Shown here one piece after another: positions 16,408 to 18,257 of a stretch of DNA of 18,257 bases. Origin of the DNA: a virus; UHGV virus genome UHGV-0068637. One strand, 5' to 3'. A model generated the notes under the pieces. The model had not been told where the DNA came from. It saw nothing but the letters and a program-made list of their open reading frames with translations, and searched no databases. The translations under genes were made by a program, and so were the position numbers. The first letter of the stretch is position 1; every line of letters starts with the position of its first letter.

Positions 16408-16494
16408 ATGAAAAACTACTACCGACCCAACGAGCATGAGCGTTATGCCGACTTCATCGAAGAAATGCTGAAAGCACTTAAAAACAAGAAATAA
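16408..16494 (+). CDS. Possible 28-aa peptide (cassette C, ORF1)
   Basis: MKNYYRPNEHERYADFIEEMLKALKNKK. AGAGGA RBS. A 17-aa upstream mini-ORF (16358-16411) overlaps its start. Confidence 0.35.
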   Translation: MKNYYRPNEHERYADFIEEMLKALKNKK

Positions 16495-16507
16495 ACGGGT
16501 TGGGTAA

Positions 16508-16615
16508 ATGGACACAATCAAAACGTTTATAGATGTATATATTACAGCATGGTTAGCATTTAATGTGATGGCTGTGCTAGTGCTGGCAATGACAACCGAA
16601 GATAAACGTAATTAA
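16508..16615 (+). CDS. Possible 35-aa membrane peptide (cassette C, ORF2)
   Basis: MDTIKTFIDVYITAWLAFNVMAVLVLAMTTEDKRN, with one hydrophobic helix. Its stop overlaps the next ATG (TAATG). Confidence 0.35.
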   Translation: MDTIKTFIDVYITAWLAFNVMAVLVLAMTTEDKRN

Positions 16616-16929
16616 TGGGGGTTATCATGGAACTGGTAATTGCATTCATCGGCTTTATCGCAACTATGGTTGTAGCTCAGAAAAAACATCTGAATATGCT
16701 ATTGGCATTCTTTGGTGCGCTGATTTTCTGGCCTGGGGTATTGATTTACGCACTGTGCGTTAACAAAAAGATGTTTAAACACTACGTCGATGCATTGACT
16801 TTCGTTAACATGGAGTACCCAAACGCAACTGACGTACAGAAAGCACAGGTTGCAACTTACCTTTACGATAACGTGTACGATATTCACGACCTGGATGAGG
16901 CAAGATGCAGATTTGCAGCATACAAATAA
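16615..16929 (+). CDS. Hypothetical small inner-membrane protein (cassette C, ORF3)
   Basis: About 100-104 aa; alternative ATG at 16627 preceded by GGGGG. Two predicted TM helices (LVIAFIGFIATMVVA, LLAFFGALIFWPGVLIYALCV) then a soluble tail. A terminator follows directly. Confidence 0.55.
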   Translation: MGVIMELVIAFIGFIATMVVAQKKHLNMLLAFFGALIFWPGVLIYALCVNKKMFKHYVDALTFVNMEYPNATDVQKAQVATYLYDNVYDIHDLDEARCRFAAYK

Positions 16930-16934
16930 AAATA

Positions 16935-16960
16935 AAGGCCCGGTTAATTCCGGGCTTTTT
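16935..16960. terminator. Bidirectional rho-independent terminator (cassette C / chaperone gene convergent)
   Basis: Hairpin GGCCCGG-TTAATT-CCGGGCC... followed by TTTTT on the plus strand and by TTTATTTTTATTT on the minus strand. The stop codon of the minus-strand gene lies in the loop. Confidence 0.7.
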
Positions 16961-17624
16961 CTTGCTCGCGTTTTTTCATCAATTCCAGCACCCTTTTAGC
17001 GGCCTCCATTTGCTCATCATAATCACGTTTATTTATATGAACGTTTGGCTTACGTTTCTCGTTTCTTTCGTCTGGTGGCGTTTTAGCGCGTACAGCGGCC
17101 CTGTATCCGGTCATTGTCATGCCCCATGCTTCAGATTCAGACAATCCCAGGTGAGCAACGGCAGAATAAACATACTCAAGGATGTCGAATGTCTGCTTAT
17201 AGTCGCCTTCCTGCTCCTCTCCAGCGTCTTCATCTGGTCCGTCACCAATTAAGCCGTGATACATGCAGTGTTGCGCCAGCGTGATAACGTCGCTGGTGGG
17301 CATCAACCCAGGTTTCAGTCTCAACTTACCCGAAGGAGTAAAGCTGCATTCGCCCAATAACTGGCCTATTTCGCATTCTGAGCAACATTTCAGGACGTGG
17401 ATGGACGTTTGCACTAACTCACCATAACAACGCGCCATAATGCGATTGCGGAGGTCTGGATCCGTTGGCAAACGCTGTGGATATTTACCACCGTGCACAG
17501 TTGCGAAGTATTCGACCAATTCCCTGTCACTGCCGATCTTAGCCATTGCAGCAAAGCAGGGATTGAACACATACCGCCTGCCATCAACCACAGCCGCAAA
17601 TTGTCCTGTTCGAACATGAATCAT
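16944..17624 (-). CDS. Putative tail assembly chaperone (position of lambda G/T), Cys-containing
   Basis: 227 aa from the ATG at 17622-17624 with AAGGTGA RBS (the ORF track extends to a TTG at 17663 through a terminator hairpin). It lies between the putative tube protein and the tape measure. The acidic C-terminal half (DGPDEDAGEEQEGDY) fits a chaperone, but no G/GT frameshift was identified. Function is assigned by position only. Confidence 0.4.
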   Translation of the reverse strand: MIHVRTGQFAAVVDGRRYVFNPCFAAMAKIGSDRELVEYFATVHGGKYPQRLPTDPDLRNRIMARCYGELVQTSIHVLKCCSECEIGQLLGECSFTPSGKLRLKPGLMPTSDVITLAQHCMYHGLIGDGPDEDAGEEQEGDYKQTFDILEYVYSAVAHLGLSESEAWGMTMTGYRAAVRAKTPPDERNEKRKPNVHINKRDYDEQMEAAKRVLELMKKREQEKARN

Positions 17625-17633
17625 AGCTGTCAC

Positions 17634-17661
17634 CTTAAAAATAAAGGGGCCATGTGGCCCC
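17634..17661 (-). terminator. Rho-independent terminator downstream of the putative major tail protein gene
   Basis: Perfect hairpin GGGGCC-ATGT-GGCCCC (17646-17661 on the plus strand) followed on the minus strand by TTTATTTTTAAGG. Sits between the stop at 17679 and the next minus-strand start at 17624. Confidence 0.65.
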
Positions 17662-17678
17662 AATGTCAGTGTTTGTTG

Positions 17679-18155
17679 TTACGCCGCCGGAACGTCAGCT
17701 ACTGTAACCTTGCCAGCGCTTTCGCATTCAATGGACCAGGTGGACACATCGTCATGCGGATCTTCTTCTTTAAAGGAAGTGCAAAGAAACGGGCCTTCAG
17801 TCACATCAAGCGGAGAAACAATTTTTAACCATACGATTGGCTGAGAACCAGTTACCTCACCCGGGTTAATAACGTGGCGTTTCAACTCTTTCTGATTGTG
17901 AAGCGCTTCTGTGCGGGATACGCCGTCACCTGAGAAGGAAACGGACTTGTAAGTTACCAGTGATTCTTTGGTGTAGTCTGCTGATTTGTCAGCGGTGGCG
18001 TCTGCGGTTTCCCATTCTACGGAAAGAGATTTACCACGCATCATGCCTAACGCTTTATATGCTTCGTCATTAGGTTTCGCATTAGGGCAAGCGATAGCGT
18101 AAAATACGGCAACGTCGCGGCCTAAGAACGAACCTTTATCACAAGTCTGAGACAT
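17679..18155 (-). CDS. Putative major tail (tube) protein
   Basis: 158-aa ORF with a strong RBS (AAGAGGT). It is immediately upstream of the chaperone and tape-measure genes and is followed by its own terminator, typical for a highly expressed tube subunit. The size fits small siphovirus tube proteins. Assignment is by context and composition, not a recognised motif. Confidence 0.5.
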   Translation of the reverse strand: MSQTCDKGSFLGRDVAVFYAIACPNAKPNDEAYKALGMMRGKSLSVEWETADATADKSADYTKESLVTYKSVSFSGDGVSRTEALHNQKELKRHVINPGEVTGSQPIVWLKIVSPLDVTEGPFLCTSFKEEDPHDDVSTWSIECESAGKVTVADVPAA

Positions 18156-18257
18156 GTTTAGTTACCTCTTATCTAGATATGATGGTTTGAAAAGCTACGG
18201 TAAAAATAAAGCGCCCTTCTCTTGTCTGCATTGCAGGAATAGCGCCAACTGGCTTCA

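Noticed and set aside
16336-16521. Minus-strand 61-aa ORF immediately upstream of H, in the position where a chaperone would be expected
   Set aside because: Phe/Leu-rich junk-like translation with no RBS. The plus-strand ORFs here have RBSs and a terminator. It is kept only as an alternative in the chaperone finding.
17624-17663. ORF-track extension of the chaperone-position gene to a TTG start at 17663
   Set aside because: The extension reads through a perfect terminator hairpin (GGGGCC-ATGT-GGCCCC). The ATG at 17622-17624 has an AAGGTGA RBS at proper spacing.
18156-18257. Possible partial gene or promoter at the 3' edge of the window
   Set aside because: Only about 100 bp is available. 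No complete ORF or clear motif can be supported, and the upstream structural gene (probably head-tail joining or capsid) lies outside the window.

Overview
This window is the tail-morphogenesis module of a siphovirus or prophage with a lambda-type tail tip, encoded on the minus strand. Reading high to low coordinates: putative major tail tube protein, a 227-aa putative assembly chaperone, tape-measure protein (H-like), M, a coupled 65-aa ORF, L, K, I, a very large J-like central tail fibre protein (1813 aa), and a side tail fibre with a C-terminal self-cleaving chaperone domain. The notable feature is that almost every junction between tail genes carries a short, AT-rich, plus-strand (opposite-orientation) cassette of small ORFs, each with a sigma70-like promoter region and a hairpin terminator that also works on the minus strand. 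These are a Cor-like lipoprotein gene between J and the fibre, cassette A (six small ORFs including an HTH protein) between L and M, cassette B (four small ORFs) between M and H, and cassette C (three small ORFs including a membrane protein) between H and the chaperone. The cassettes share short sequence motifs ('ACAAAATGGCTTCAC', 'CATTTTGTGATC') around their promoters and two share an almost identical terminator. They look like moron or accessory loci (candidate superinfection exclusion, anti-defence or toxin-like functions) whose products I could not match to any family by eye. J also carries an unusual ~650-aa insert built from about ten 108-bp (36-aa) tandem repeats arranged as a ~1.1-kb higher-order duplication. 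All functional assignments come from reading the translations and comparing them to remembered protein families; no database search was run.
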